DNA from: Bispira polyomma
Taxonomy: Eukaryota
Direction of reading: 5' to 3'
DNA length: 64,000 nucleotides
Assembly: GCA_965649765.1 (NCBI GenBank)
Contig: OZ287757.1
Coordinates: forward strand, 30,132,001 to 30,196,000
A model generated the notes under the pieces. It saw only the letters and a list, made by a program, of their open reading frames with translations. It was not told the origin of the DNA and did no database searches. Both the position numbers and the translations under genes were made by a program. This document shows, one piece after another, positions 37,901 through 50,685 of the stretch; positions within the stretch are counted from its first letter, which is position 1, and every line of letters starts with the position of its first letter.

Positions 37901-38577
37901 TCTTCGTTCATGCATTTGGTATAATCCACAGATATTCAAAACCCCCATCTTTTTATCAGACTGGTTAAAAAGAGGAATCTATATGGTTGGAGATATACTT
38001 GACACAAATGGGGGAATATTGAGTCTGAACGAAATTAACAGTAAATTCAAAATTAAGGTAAATTTTTTTAACTATTATGCTGTTAGCATGAACATCAAAA
38101 TGTTTCTTACGAAGTATAAAAGTGAAGGTCCTTGGCTGTATGAAACACCATTTAGGTTAGATTTTACCATCCCAAAAATGTTGTAGAGAATTCTATAATT
38201 TATTTAATGAAATAAAGTTGAATAAGAAACCCTTTTGTGAATTGTTATGGGAAAACACGTTAAATGTGGAAAACTTTCAAGCAAATCGGAAAGAGGTTTG
38301 GAACAATATACACAAAAGCTGCTTCAAAAGTGTTAATGATAATTGTCTTATCTGGTTTCAGTATCGAATACTTTTCAAAATTTTAGGTACCAAAGATAAC
38401 CTGAGCAAACTAAGGCTTTCTGATAACAGTAAATATAGATTGTGTAATCAATTCTGTGAAACGATTAAGCATCTCTTTTGTGTGAAAGTAAATGAGCTTT
38501 GGCAAAATATTAAACAATGGATTTTAAATAAACTTGGCATTGATTTTACAATAACTAACACCATGAAAATTCTGTGA
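34911..38577 (+). pseudogene. L1/Tx1 ORF2 remnant (EN-RT-zinc finger)
   Basis: VLSANCQG, QDTH, SRGVAIL, YGPN, CGDFN, DFEKAFD, GCRQGDPISP, QFADDT, ETIKHLF. Many stops, and a ~140-bp internal duplication at ~35994-36279. Confidence 0.9.
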
Positions 38578-41500
38578 TATTTACAAATGTCTTAATTTTA
38601 TTTGTTCATGCATTAAATATACTAAAGCAATGTGAAAAATGTATTGTTGTTTACTCAATGTTATTATTATTATAGAAGACGAGAACTTGTAAATATTCTA
38701 ACATCTGATCTACTTTGTATTTTTTCATTTCAATTTTGTCTGTTAAAACCTTTTGATATTTTGTTTGTAACATGTTAAAAAAAGAAAAAAAATTTAAAAA
38801 AATGCATGAAGCTTTTTTATGAGCCAAACACAAATGTGTATCAACACAGGAATTGTGGGGTTAAATTTTCAAATATATTGTGTCATGCACATTTTAAAAC
38901 AACCCAGAAATATTTTGTACAATACATTGTATTAAGCAATGTGTTGCCACATATCATATTCTGCCTTAAGTTACTGCAGGTAGTTTTACAATATCACTTA
39001 ACATTTGTCACATGCACACATTGTTCTGTGATAATAAAAACACCTGTAACTTCATTCCACATTGTGGTATTAATACCCGCAACCATTCTCTCACAGTATT
39101 GACATTGACAGGTGTTTTGGGTTTGTGAAAGTTTTTTTTCTAATATGCCTCCAATACATTATAGCTTGATGTTGTTTAGTATAGACGATCCTAAACTGTA
39201 GAATAGTTTACCCTTTCAAGTTAGGTTAACAGTTCAGGACTATAGTGGCCTGGTCGTTAGATGCCTTGGCTTCACAATTAAGGAATAACACATGATCAAG
39301 CAAGGTATACGGTAATTTTTACTACGATCGGAGGCATAGTAACACAAAGGCGAAGCCTGAGTGTTTCTAAGCTCCAAGAGTGGTAATATTACCTCATACC
39401 ATGCTTTGCAATGTGTTATTCCTATTATAACATGAAAAATTCAAATTGTTACCTGATTCCAGCTTGTTTATTGCTGAATTACGTTACTAAAGGTACCATA
39501 TCCACTGGGAATCAAGTGCACTACAGACAAAATTAGTCTGCTTTCTCTATGTGTATATGATTATTTTTACTGTAGCTTTGAACCAATCAGAATCGCGGAC
39601 ATAGCCCAGTCATGTCAGAATTACTGGTCTCTTACCAATGTGGATTTGAATTCTGTTTGTTTCTTCATGTGAAAAAGTTTGTTGGCTGGGAACAGGAAAT
39701 TCCCAACATATATATGCACAAAAAGCAACTGCCACTCCCCTCCCCCTCCTTCGATCAGACAGAAAGTCAAAAAATTTTGATGTTAGAGATTTTTATACTG
39801 GAAGCCATGTATGTGATCGGCTTAGAAGTGATGAGGTATGTATACACAATATGTTTGATCATCGTAAAAAGTTTGGTATTTAACCATACACATTTAGATC
39901 ATACTGCAATAAAGCCAATTTCTAAGCCCCTTTATGACTTTAAGAGAAACATTATTCCCATGTACCCATCTGTGTTTCATTTACGTATATTTCAATTAAG
40001 TTGGATTCACGTCGCTTTCTACAGCTTAGGTCATATTGCAACGGGTAGATTTAATGGTGGAACAAACCAATGAAGCACTGTAAAACTAACACTAAATCAT
40101 AAGTAACAAATCATCAGATGTAAATAAGGATAAAAATTGTCTTTTGTCTTCATGCAGTTTTGTTTTCATGGATCATTTTTAATATTAGAATTCTGTTTTT
40201 CTCACATTATCCTTCAATGTGCTGTGTAAGAAAATTGATTGACCCAAAAATATTTTGCTGAAAAAAAGTTATGTGTTAAAAAATTCTGACTCTCAAAAAT
40301 ATGACAGAAGGCAAAAATCAGCCAGCAATTATTTATGTGCAGACTTGCATTTATTGTGTGTGAAATTTACTGTGAATAACCATCAGTGTTTATTGGAATT
40401 CATTGGATTATTACATCTTTTTTTTTTTATTAATTTGAAGAGTTGTGTCTGTGTGTCTCACACTCACAGGTAGGAAGATTGATCGAAATTCAACATTGTT
40501 TTGGTGAATAGATATCTGAAATATTTTTTTACAGATGGCCTTGGCTGTTTTAAAGTTTCTTGGAGTTACTACAGTACTGGCTGTAATGACAACATAAATG
40601 GCTTAGGATAAAAATTAGTATAAAACATAGATAGATCATCAAATATGGTGACCAGTTTATCATATTTGTAGCTTAAAGATCCTTGTTCAGAGAAGGCCTC
40701 AGAGAATGAAAGGATGGTAGCTATTGTACAGGCCAGAGACTTTCATACAAAATACTGAATAAATGAACTTTGCTTTTTTTTAATTAAAATTAGTTTTATT
40801 AAAATATATTATTACTTGTTCATGTAATTATGGTTTTACACTTATACAGTTTGTTATTGCATTTAGTTTACTGTAATTGTGAACACTGCAATGTGATGAA
40901 AATTTTAAACATACCACTGAAATTCACAACCCAAAACATTTCATACACATTTTCTTAATGTTACAGCCTACAAATTATACAGTGTCCACAGGATTGAGCC
41001 TTAAGAAATATTTAAACTTAAACTCAACTCAGGCAAAGGCTAGGTGGAATTCCTTGTGCATGAATTAAACCTGTACTTGTAATCATTTATTTTATTAGGA
41101 GCTTTCAGTGCTGAATTTAAATATGCAGTCAGATTTTTTACTTAACTTTATGCAAGTGAGTGATATGGGGGACTTTAAAGTTGAAATAGCGTCTGAGTGG
41201 GACTTGAGATCTGTGGAGAATGGCCCCTGCACTAGCCCTGAAGATTGTACCCTTAAACAAGCTACTTCATACTGAGTTGTACCCAGATGTTGTAATGGGT
41301 TTGCTGTAACTTATTGGTGTTAGTCTGTATCTAGGGGAATGTCTCATATACTCGCTTCGGGAGCTGAGAGTGAACAATCTATTTGTCAATTTATTAGACC
41401 TAACCTGGTTTCAAATTGTAGAGTCACATTCGGAGGTACTACCTGACTATGGGCCTACATTTTTACACAGTAACATAAATGTTCAAAATGGCGGTTATCT

Positions 41501-42348
41501 GTCACCTGGCCTCTCACCAGTGGCAGGTCAAAGAGCCTTGTGAATGTTGATAAATGGACATTGTCAAGCCTTTGTTGTCAATCAAGAGAATAAATATTTT
41601 TGGTGCTCAATGGATGCACTTCTGCAATGAAAACAGGTTTAATTGCATAGAACACGCTTGTGCAATGTATTTTTGCATATCTATGTTGCATAAATAGGTG
41701 GCAATGTATCATAGTGATAAGCATTCAGCTTATATAAACAGCGGATTAAAACTACATTTAGTTTTGATTTATTCAGAACCCTAAAATAAATATATTGTGA
41801 GTAGCTGATAATTTGAGTTCATTGTCACCTGTGACAAACAACAACATTAATGTAATATTATAGCTCATGAGATTTGGAGTTTAAGAGTACAGTCCCCAAC
41901 ACTCCAAAGCCAATAATAAACTCAATGAGGGTATATAATTTATTATATAAATTGTATAAAATATATAAAATACACTTCTAATCTACTGACTATTTACATT
42001 TCTTAATAGGTTACGTAATACATTAATGAATACAATGTGTAAAATTTAAAAGTAAAGGTCATCTTGAACAAAATAAGTTTAAGTTTTAACTTAAGTTATA
42101 AATGAATGAGTTATCAGTTTAAGTTTGACTGTCAATCTTAAATTGACTTTAAGATTACCCTTAAGTAATACTTTAAGGTTGCCCTAACCTGAGGGCCACT
42201 AAGGTTAACATACGTCATAATTTAAGGTGACCCTAATTTCAGGGGCCTAGATAATTTTCAGATAAAAGTTCAAGTTGACCTAAACTTGCACAACATGTTT
42301 CAAGATACATCAGATCAAGCCTCAAACCCAAACGTAGGGTAATGACAT

Positions 42349-43341
42349 TTATACGGCATTAAGTAGGCGCTGGAAAGTTGAAGCCACTTCTGTTGAGCCA
42401 TTATTGCTCTGAATATAAGTCCATACACAATCCGACGTCCAGGTGCCATGCTCTTTGATTTGTTGTATAGGTACATCTGCTTTATAAGCCAGAGTGGCAC
42501 CTGAACGTCGGAATGCATGGAATGTATAATAATTAGATGGATACCCCAATTTATTGTTAAGTAGTGCCAATGTTTTCCTAACTCTTGAATCCGTAGCCAC
42601 CTGCCAGCCCTGAGCCGTCTTGCATTGGAACAATGGGTCTTTCTTACCAGGACTGTAAAGATGAAATAATTTTCTTAAGGCTGCATATGGACAAATGACA
42701 GCAGAACCTAGTCGTGGCAATGTCAAAAATTGCACCTTGTCCCTAGTTTGCATAGTCTTTGTCCATTTTAACAATATTTTGACTGTGTGCTTCTGAAAGA
42801 ACACATCTGCACCAGTTAAATGCCTGGTGTGATAGAATTCCCTGATTGCATGCAGTGCGATATTTGAGAGTCTCAAAAAGCCAAAGAATCCTGTTAAGAA
42901 TATACCCTTGTATACATGCGAGTTGCTTATATGGTTGCATTGAGCTACTAATCTTTCAAGCGTGGGCACATCCATGATATTTCTCTTAACTATAGTATGA
43001 GTTCTATTAATCTTTAATGACTTGATGAAGTATTTTATTTTCGGGTGATCAAAGATTACAAATTGTAAATCATATACAATACACATGGCTTTAATAGCTG
43101 CAACATAGTTTGCCACCATATAAAATGAAACTTTATTGATAACCAAAAACTCTAGAAATGACATAATACCATTTACATTTAAACATTCCAGTGCTATATT
43201 AACACAAAGGCAAAAAGCCACAAAAGTTCTAAATAAACCTTGGTAGCAACGCATGGTCTTTGTTCGAAAGGCAGTGTGTAATCTCTTGCTAGCTTTTATC
43301 TGTAGCTCTTGCACTGCTCCAGGCTCTACAACACAAAGCAT
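42349..43341 (-). CDS. Tyrosine recombinase (phage-integrase family)
   Basis: Uninterrupted 330-codon ORF with R (FLRLSN), K (WTKT), HAFRR, HGTW and Y (VWTYI). Confidence 0.9.
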   Translation of the reverse strand: MLCVVEPGAVQELQIKASKRLHTAFRTKTMRCYQGLFRTFVAFCLCVNIALECLNVNGIMSFLEFLVINKVSFYMVANYVAAIKAMCIVYDLQFVIFDHPKIKYFIKSLKINRTHTIVKRNIMDVPTLERLVAQCNHISNSHVYKGIFLTGFFGFLRLSNIALHAIREFYHTRHLTGADVFFQKHTVKILLKWTKTMQTRDKVQFLTLPRLGSAVICPYAALRKLFHLYSPGKKDPLFQCKTAQGWQVATDSRVRKTLALLNNKLGYPSNYYTFHAFRRSGATLAYKADVPIQQIKEHGTWTSDCVWTYIQSNNGSTEVASTFQRLLNAV

Positions 43342-43352
43342 AGTATCTGTTA

Positions 43353-45234
43353 TTAAAGTGTATTATCAATGTCTGTCAACTCTAGAGACGTTTTTAACCA
43401 TACTGTGTTTTCCACCAATGTGTTCAATTCTTGTACATTATCAATTGTATATTTCCAACGTGACAATAAATCAGCGATTCTGTTGTCTCTTCCCATGACA
43501 TGTATATATTGGAGCTCAATGTCTGCTGCTGCAGCCATATACCAAATATTTCTCGCACATGCTGAGAGATAAGGGTCTCTAGCCCTGCAACACATTCACA
43601 ACTGCATTGTTATCACATTAAATAAGGACCTTGCTGCCTGTCCAATATTTTTGGTATAACTTTAAAGCTACTAATATGTTAATCATCTCAAGATGAACTA
43701 TGCCAAGATTTTGGAAATTTGTTGGTATTGGGAGATGATGTACCAAACTTCTCCATCTTCCTCCCAGGCCATAAAGGCAGGCGTCTAATTCCAATGTTTG
43801 ATCAATGCTTTTATGTCCATACATAGATACACCATTGCATAGAGGCAAGAATCTATCAAACCATCTCAGGTCCCGTTTGAAATCTTCTGTTAAAATTACC
43901 TTATTTGGATTTGAAATACCTCTTAACAATTCCAACATCCTATTTAGGAAACACCTCGCAGGTTTGACACATTTGTGAATGTATAACAATTGACCCAACA
44001 AGGATTGCAACTGTTTCTTGGTACATTGGATTTTATTTTGCCATTGACTAACCGTAGTTCTAATTTGCTGTAATTTCTCATCTGGTATGGCAACTGTGCC
44101 TTTTACGGTGTCAATTAGGACTCCTAGGCACACTGCCTGTGTGCTAGGGGAATGATTGTAAGTCCTAACTTTTCCATGATTTCATACAAGCACTGAAATG
44201 AGCGTTTTGCTGAGGTGGGGGTGCCGTAACCAAGAAAATCGTCTATATAGTTGATGACGCTGTGGCCACGTAGATGCATGATGTAACGCACGGCGTCACT
44301 GACGCGTTGGAAGAATTGGCTGCCGTGACGGCTCCTAAAGGGGAGACACGTGTCTACATAAATACCTTGCCAATTGAGTCCTAACAGGTCATAATCTATG
44401 GGGTCGATTTTTAAGTGGCGAAATGCGCGACTTACGTCCAACTTATAGATGTGAGCGCCTATTCCTAATTTGGTAAGTTCTTTAGTAAGGTCGTCAATGG
44501 TGGAGAAGCTGAGCTTAAAATCTTCCCCTAAATAGCTTTAATAATAAAATAAATAATCTTTTTTCTACCCCAGCATTTACTGAATAAGCTTTAGGCCAAC
44601 TCAAATCTATAATTACTCGCCTGTTATCTGAATTAGGCTTGTGCCTAGTCATGAATGGTGAATGATGGCCGTTTGCAATTGGGTTTTGTTTGAAGGGTCC
44701 TATTATCGCCCCGTGACTTTTTTCCTCATCAATGTAGACCTGAACATCATTGGGATGTTCTATTGCTGACTTATGATTGTCCACATCACACCTGAGTTCA
44801 CATTTTCGATTAAAGCCTAAGTGAAACCCAAACTCAATGAGCTGAAGTAATTGCTGATTCCAATAGTCCCTCAACATAACCTTCCATTGTTCTGTGTTTA
44901 ATTGAGATGTCACTGGTATTCGAGCCCCCATAAAATTTGGTTGCTCCTTTCCTTTGACTTTCTGATGTAACTTAATTGGGCATTGAATGGTTGTGTTTGT
45001 TAAGCCGCTACCACTTGGTAGTGTTTGCTCAGTCATTGGAATAAATCCAAATTGAAACTCTGATTGTTTTGTAAACTTAGTGAAGCTGTCACAATTGCCA
45101 CTGATTTGTTTTGCTTTGACACCTTTGTTGTGAAACAATATCGAGTTAATGAATTTATCGTCCTGAATGCCATTTACATCAAACAATAGTTTTGTTTTGG
45201 CTGGGCTATTGTCATCGTGCGCCACTTTGTTCAC
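43353..45234 (-). pseudogene. DIRS-type reverse transcriptase/RNase H, frameshifted
   Basis: RRVIIDLSWP, DVSRAFRHL, YIDD, LQSLLGQL, LDACLYGLG, HLEMINI, NRIADLLSR. Confidence 0.9.
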
Positions 45235-45779
45235 TTTTGTGGCGGAACCCCCCTTTGTGATTGTTGCTTGTCGTGTGTACCTCTTTGCTGTAAGAGAAAG
45301 GGTTTTTGTGTTGTGACACTACTAACCGCATTGTTTGATTTCACGTAGAGTGTTTTGACACCCTGTGGTCATATTTGGTGTTTGTTTGCTTTACATCGGC
45401 ATAAGATCTGGTTTTGACGTCATAACTGACCGCCCGATATGTGCACATGACACTTTGAAACGGACGAACGAGTAAACTTTCTATGTCACTTTTTCTCACT
45501 TTTTCGCTATAAAAACATCTGCCAACATGACTTGTGTCACGCTGTTTACATTTAAAACCAGCCAGGTACTTTGCCTGCTTTGTACTGACATTTGTAACAA
45601 TAGTATTTACACATTCAGTATTACCAACGCTAGAACCATTTGTTTTTCCATTCACACTAAAAACATTGACAACCTCTCTGTTTTTGTTTACCTGTAACTG
45701 ACTGGCCTAACTACTAAACCACCTGCCCTCCAGTTTAGGACTACGAGGACAGCTACTTACTCATTTTTTGCTTGTGCTT

Positions 45780-46737
45780 GATTCTTTTTGGCCAACAAAC
45801 AATCCTTTTTGGGATGAGCCAAAATGCGACCTATACTAATGCAAAATGAACAAATATGTCTGTGGATCTATACGATCTATTCTATTTGTGTCATCCCAGG
45901 TAAGGGAGCCCCTCTCCATCTCCCACAGGAGTACTGCGTGAGCTGCCTTAGCCCCCTGCCACGTAAAATCTGTGGCTTCCTTGATTAAATCAGACATATA
46001 TGTGATAATTTTGTCTTTCTTACCTCTATCTGATTCCTCACTTATGTTTTTACAAAAACCTTGTACCCATTGGGACATTGACAACTGATCATACGACAAT
46101 CAAGTTCTTGTGGCCCCCCTAATATTGATTCTTGAGGCCACGCTACTTTTTGTTTTACCACAACTTCCACTGGACCACCCGTTTTTGATTTAATTTTATT
46201 TACATTCTCAGTACCAGAATTTCTGCTGTCCTTCTCCAGTTCCCTTAATCTGGAGTCAACTCTACGGTCAAAAGCCAAACTAGGGAGTACTTGTTCCTCA
46301 TCAGAGGATTCACTATTAGATGTACTATCACTGCTATTCTGGTTATTACATTGAACATTAGTTTTTTGACGAATTTTACTTAACTTCCGTCCACCACTTT
46401 TGAGCACGTCCTTCTGTCGGCTGTTGCTGGATTCCGCTACCTGCTCCTCTACTACGTCAAGACGAGAGTTTACCCGCTGTAGTTCCCTCAATATCTGCAA
46501 CTGGACACTATCCTGGACACTATCCCGCTCTGCACTACTTCCCACAGCTCTTGCACTATAACTTTGCTGCCCATTTTCGCTAACATTAGTGTCCAACACT
46601 GTATGGGCTTCCAACACTGCCGTGTCATTACTATTGAATTTTTCAGTCAATTTTACACCACGTGTGCACTTTTTTCCTGTTGGTGGAACATGTCTTTCCT
46701 CACACTTTCTACACAGCGCCTTTGATTGTTTAGGCAT
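45780..46737 (-). pseudogene. DIRS/Ngaro gag-like ORF, frameshifted
   Basis: N-terminal CRKCEERHVPPTGKKC, VAWPQE, YDQLSMSQWVQGF, FTWQGAKAAHAVLL. Confidence 0.8.
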
Positions 46738-47809
46738 ATTTCTAAATGATTACTGTTTATGCTATTTTGTTCATATATCAGTTTCTGAAAATAAAAAAAT
46801 ATACACAGGCCCACAGCGCTCGTTCCTTACAGCACCACGACTTGGTTTAACTCGATGAATTTGACTATAAAGCAAGAATGATAAGTTAGGTTAGACCATC
46901 CCTTAATTCCGACCTAAAAAGGTCAAACCAAGCATGAGGCTGTCAGAATGAGCGATCTGTGAACAATGAAAGAGAGCCGTTGTCAAATCCACACAATGTC
47001 TGTTGTAGATAACTAAAACACTAAAATAAGTCCTTGTAGTATAACACGTAAAACATAAAATAAAACAGTTTGTAAAAGAAATTGAAGAAAGAATTTTACT
47101 TTTCTGCCACACTTGTCTGTGGCAAAATTCAAACTGACTTATTATTAGGTGAAGAACCCTTCTGTTTATGGCTACAGCCAATGAGATTGATTGTTTGACA
47201 TTTACATGGAGGTTTGTTTACTTGTTTAGCCATTAAGCAATTTTTACCTGTGTATTAGCCTGATACTCTCACTGAGTTTAAGGTCGTGTAGGACTGACAA
47301 GGGCAATGCCTTAACACTGCCCCCGACAGTCAGTACAGATGTGAAGCCATGTCAATATTTTATTGTGTATTGCTTTTGATTTGTGAAACTTGTCAAATAT
47401 ACCAGTCGACATGTAGGTGGTCTTCTATTATCTACAATAGCTCACATATGGTATATAGCAGTGTCAATGATGTAATACACAGATTTAATGCTCATATCTA
47501 TGTTTTTCTTATATTCCATGATATTAACATACATTAATTAGAAGTGCATACCCCCAAGAAGGCAAGTTAATTGGTTCGATATTGTTTATGTCACCCACAA
47601 ACCAACAAATATAGGCTATACTATTGGCAGAGCTAACCAGGTATTCAACATTCCATTCTTTTGAGTAGACATCCATCAATGGTCCATGTATAATTGATTT
47701 CTGTATATTTTTAATTATTTCAAACTTTTATTCATATTCACTAATGTTATTCTTTTGTTTTTAATCTTTTAGTTCGTCCTGTAATGGTCAAGGAAATAGA
47801 CATATTAAA

Positions 47810-48868
47810 ATGGGATTCATTTCTAAACGGAGGCAATTGCTAGGTGTTGTCTTATTGGCAACTTTCTTAGTATATAATGTATCATCACTTTACACTTTCA
47901 TCTACCAACAATATAAGAGGATACATAAAGCAGGCAGCCTTCAACACTCCGTCATTTTTCAATATACCTTTATAAACAAGCCAACAAGAATCAAGAGCAT
48001 AGTAGTCGGTTATAGCAATAGTGTCAACCAAAGCACTGCAGCAAAAAGACTGATGGTAAAACAAGAAGAAACAAAACTGAACACTAGCCAAGAAACCGAT
48101 CAAGTGTACCAATCTAAAAAAGGAAATATCACCCATGCTAACCAATGAATACTTTATACAGGTCAATTGTCCATTTCCTGTCACAGGAACCAGTCCTAGT
48201 GCCAGTGGTCTTTTACTGGTAGCCGTAACAGATACCACTCATTTTGTACGACGCACAAAGACAAAAAGGCGGTATGGAAATGAAGAGAACTATGCAAGTT
48301 TTGTGTTCTTCCTTGGCCTATTAACCGATAACTTAATCAATGTTCAAATACAAAAAGAGAGTGCCCTATATGGGGATATTGTACAGGCAAACTTCCTAGA
48401 TACCTGCACAAACTTCACACTGAAAACGGTGTCAATTGGGTCACAGACTATTGTAACAACAGCAAGTTTGTCCTTAAAATGGATGATGATATGACCTTGA
48501 ACTTACAAGCTCTCCACAAAGTTTTGGTACACATGGACATCTCAAAAGAAGGCGTCATCACTGGAAACTGTGAGAATACTCCAAAACCAATTAGAGATTT
48601 CAAATTAAAGTGGTTTGCAAGCTTAAAGGAATTTTCCAGAGAAAGATATCTACCCATATGTCTTGGTCCTTCGTACTTGCTATCAGGAAATGCTTTACCT
48701 AAGCTATGAGCTTCCATAAGAGAGATCCCATTCTTCTGGTTAGAAGATGTCTAATTAACAGGGTTGGTCCGGGAAAATTCAGGTGTTAAGATTCAATATA
48801 CACAACCACTTTTGTGTTCTCCAACAAGAAACAAACGCTGTCCTCTTACACATGTAATCATTAAATAA
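47810..48868 (+). pseudogene. Beta-1,3-galactosyltransferase-like pseudogene (paralog of 16633-17733)
   Basis: Highly similar to the intact copy, but with frameshifts at ~48120 and ~48432, CGA>TGA at 48707, and TAC>TAA in EDVY. Confidence 0.92.
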
Positions 48869-49302
48869 ATGTCTACTGAGAAGCCATTGAAAGCATTTTA
48901 ATAATATAGCAAAACTTTTATTATACCACTCATTTTCACTCTTCCAAATGTATATGTTTGCTACCCCAACATTTGGGATAATACTGTACTGAACAAGTTA
49001 TCACTTAGGTACTGTTTTCATATAAATGTGCATGTCATCCATACCCCCTAAAACCTATCCATCAAATCAGGCAAAATCATTTATTTTAAACACAGATTAT
49101 TTGAGGCATTAGTTTCTTATTTCTCATTATTTGGTTTAGTGCCTCAAGTACCAAATACCTATATATCACATCAACTGCATTTACAATGTACTAGCGAAAT
49201 AACAAAAAATTTGCCCGACGGATATAATACTCAGGGGGTATACAGCTGTAGTTGAAGCTGTAGTAGATGAAGCTTAGACTCTTAGTTAGTAGTGCTTCCT
49301 GG

Positions 49303-49627
49303 CATAAATGTATACGTAAACTGTTTAATTGCTTATATAGAACACAAATACATACCTCTAATATGTGATGACATCCCTGTTGATATACATAAATGTATAC
49401 GTAAACTGTTTAATCTCTTATATAGAACACAAATACATACCTCTTATATGTGATGACAGCTGTTAGTGGATCAGTCAGTGAAGCTTATGTATTTCATTAC
49501 TAAACCATATCAAAGTCACACAATAAAACAGCTGTTAGTGGATCAGTCAGTGAAGCTTATGTATTTCATTACTAAATCATATCAGACGTCACACAATAAA
49601 ACAGCTGTCAGTAGATCAGTCAGTGGG
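49303..49627. repeat. Adjacent 85-bp and 72-bp tandem duplications in the USP 3'UTR
   Basis: CATAAATGTATACG at 49303 and 49388; ACAGCTGT(T/C)AGT at 49456, 49528 and 49601. Confidence 0.85.
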
Positions 49628-49819
49628 CCACTTGCAGATAAGCACTGGAACCTTGGCCTTCTGCATGACGTAATCACTGACACTGCCCAAGATTGCTTTC
49701 TTGATCTTGCCCATCCCTCTGGCCCCCATCACAATCAGGTCCACACTCTTCTCACGTGACACCCTCACTATATGCTCGCCTGCATGTTTACCTGTCCCCA
49801 CAATCCACTCGAAATTGGC
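49616..49819 (-). CDS. Universal stress protein (UspA family), last coding exon
   Basis: AGEHIVRVSREKSVDLIVMGARGMGKIKKAILGSVSDYVMQKAKVPVLIC contains the G-x2-G-x9-GS ATP-binding motif. Acceptor TTGCAG, phase 0. Confidence 0.92.
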   Translation of the reverse strand, partial: ANFEWIVGTGKHAGEHIVRVSREKSVDLIVMGARGMGKIKKAILGSVSDYVMQKAKVPVLICKWPTD

Positions 49820-49914
49820 CTGCAATGGACAACATCAGAATATATATGTATATAACGGAAATATCTCGCCACTCTCACCTAGCGAGTAAAAATAATTAAT
49901 TTTATTATTATTCA

Positions 49915-50222
49915 TTTGATATAGTGCATTACAAACATCACTGTTATCCAATGCGCTTTGACATTATTACCCCAGCCTGGGTTCTTTCATTATTCAATTG
50001 TTCAGTCTCAGCTCCCTGAGGAAGCATACTAGCCATGCTTGCAACATACGGAGCACAAACATTGACACCAATTAGCAGCTCGGTACCCCTTTATACACCT
50101 GCGTGGAGAGGGACACTTTTGTGTAAAGCACAATGTCCAAGGGTACAATCTTCAGGCCAGCAGCAAGGATCAAACCAGGGCTCACAGATCACTCAGATCC
50201 AAAGTCCAACACTTTAACCGCT
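49915..50222 (-). mobile_element. SINE relic in a USP intron
   Basis: GGTACCCCTTTATACACCTGCGTGGAGAGGGACAC core-like block, a tRNA-like head remnant at ~50160-50222, and an (AAT)n tail on the minus strand. Confidence 0.5.
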
Positions 50223-50366
50223 AATTGTTGGATGCAATTAAGCAGCCTAGAAAAGCTTAATTAGTGCTTTGAATAATGATAACGGTAGGTAAATGTATAC
50301 AATGTCACAAATCCTCAATCACTAGACCACCTCCTTACCCACTAGACCATCATTTCAAAGACTTAC

Positions 50367-50449
50367 CCCAAGATCCATCAATTTGTTCTCATATTCTTCT
50401 TGTAAATGTGCCAGTGAACTTTTTTTTCTCCTCAAATCTTCTTTACTAT
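50367..50449 (-). CDS. USP internal exon
   Basis: TTTTAG|...|GTAAGT, 83 nt, phase 1 to 0. Encodes DSKEDLRRKKSSLAHLQEEYENKLMDLG and joins in frame to the last exon. Confidence 0.8.
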
Positions 50450-50599
50450 CTAAAAAGTGATTTTACAGTTATGCATATTGTAAAAGTGAATGATAAATGT
50501 GAATGTTAAATACATCATATCTTTTTAACTTAGCCTTCCCACCATAGTTTTCCTCCTGTACACCCCCACACCCCTTCATTGCAAACTTACTATGTTAAT

Positions 50600-50685
50600 G
50601 GAGAACTGATTCTGCTGTTGTACTTTAGAAGATACCTAGCATCAATAAAGCACGTTAATAATGCATAATATTAATAATAATAATA
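50600..50685 (+). mobile_element. L2 3' tail fragment
   Basis: Matches 15618-15686, including the GATACCTAGCATC hairpin and TAA repeats. Confidence 0.7.

Larger units (their letters stand above)
22394..38803 (+). mobile_element. Second L1/Tx1-clade LINE (degenerate), with the Gypsy element nested in its 5' spacer
   Basis: Homology to duplicon 1 breaks after CTTATGA (22393) and resumes at CATGAAGC (38805) after an A-rich tail. ORF2 remnants lie at 34911-38577. Confidence 0.75.
41880..47345 (-). mobile_element. DIRS/Ngaro-type tyrosine-recombinase retrotransposon (gag, RT/RNase H, YR); boundaries approximate
   Basis: Gene order gag (46737-45836), RT-RH (45234-43353), YR (43341-42349). No protease, DDE integrase or methyltransferase was seen. 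Confidence 0.88.
21875..48940 (+). repeat. Segmental duplicon 2 (B3GALT pseudogene unit), inflated by TE insertions
   Basis: Collinear homology with 5820-17830, as listed for duplicon 1. Confidence 0.85.

Noticed and set aside
41190-41460. Possible tRNA or ncRNA gene
   Set aside because: Only a degenerate SINE-like relic is present, with no foldable cloverleaf or intact A/B boxes.
42349-43341. Prophage integrase or Crypton transposon
   Set aside because: It is directly downstream of a DIRS-type RT/RNase H and gag, so it belongs to a YR retrotransposon.
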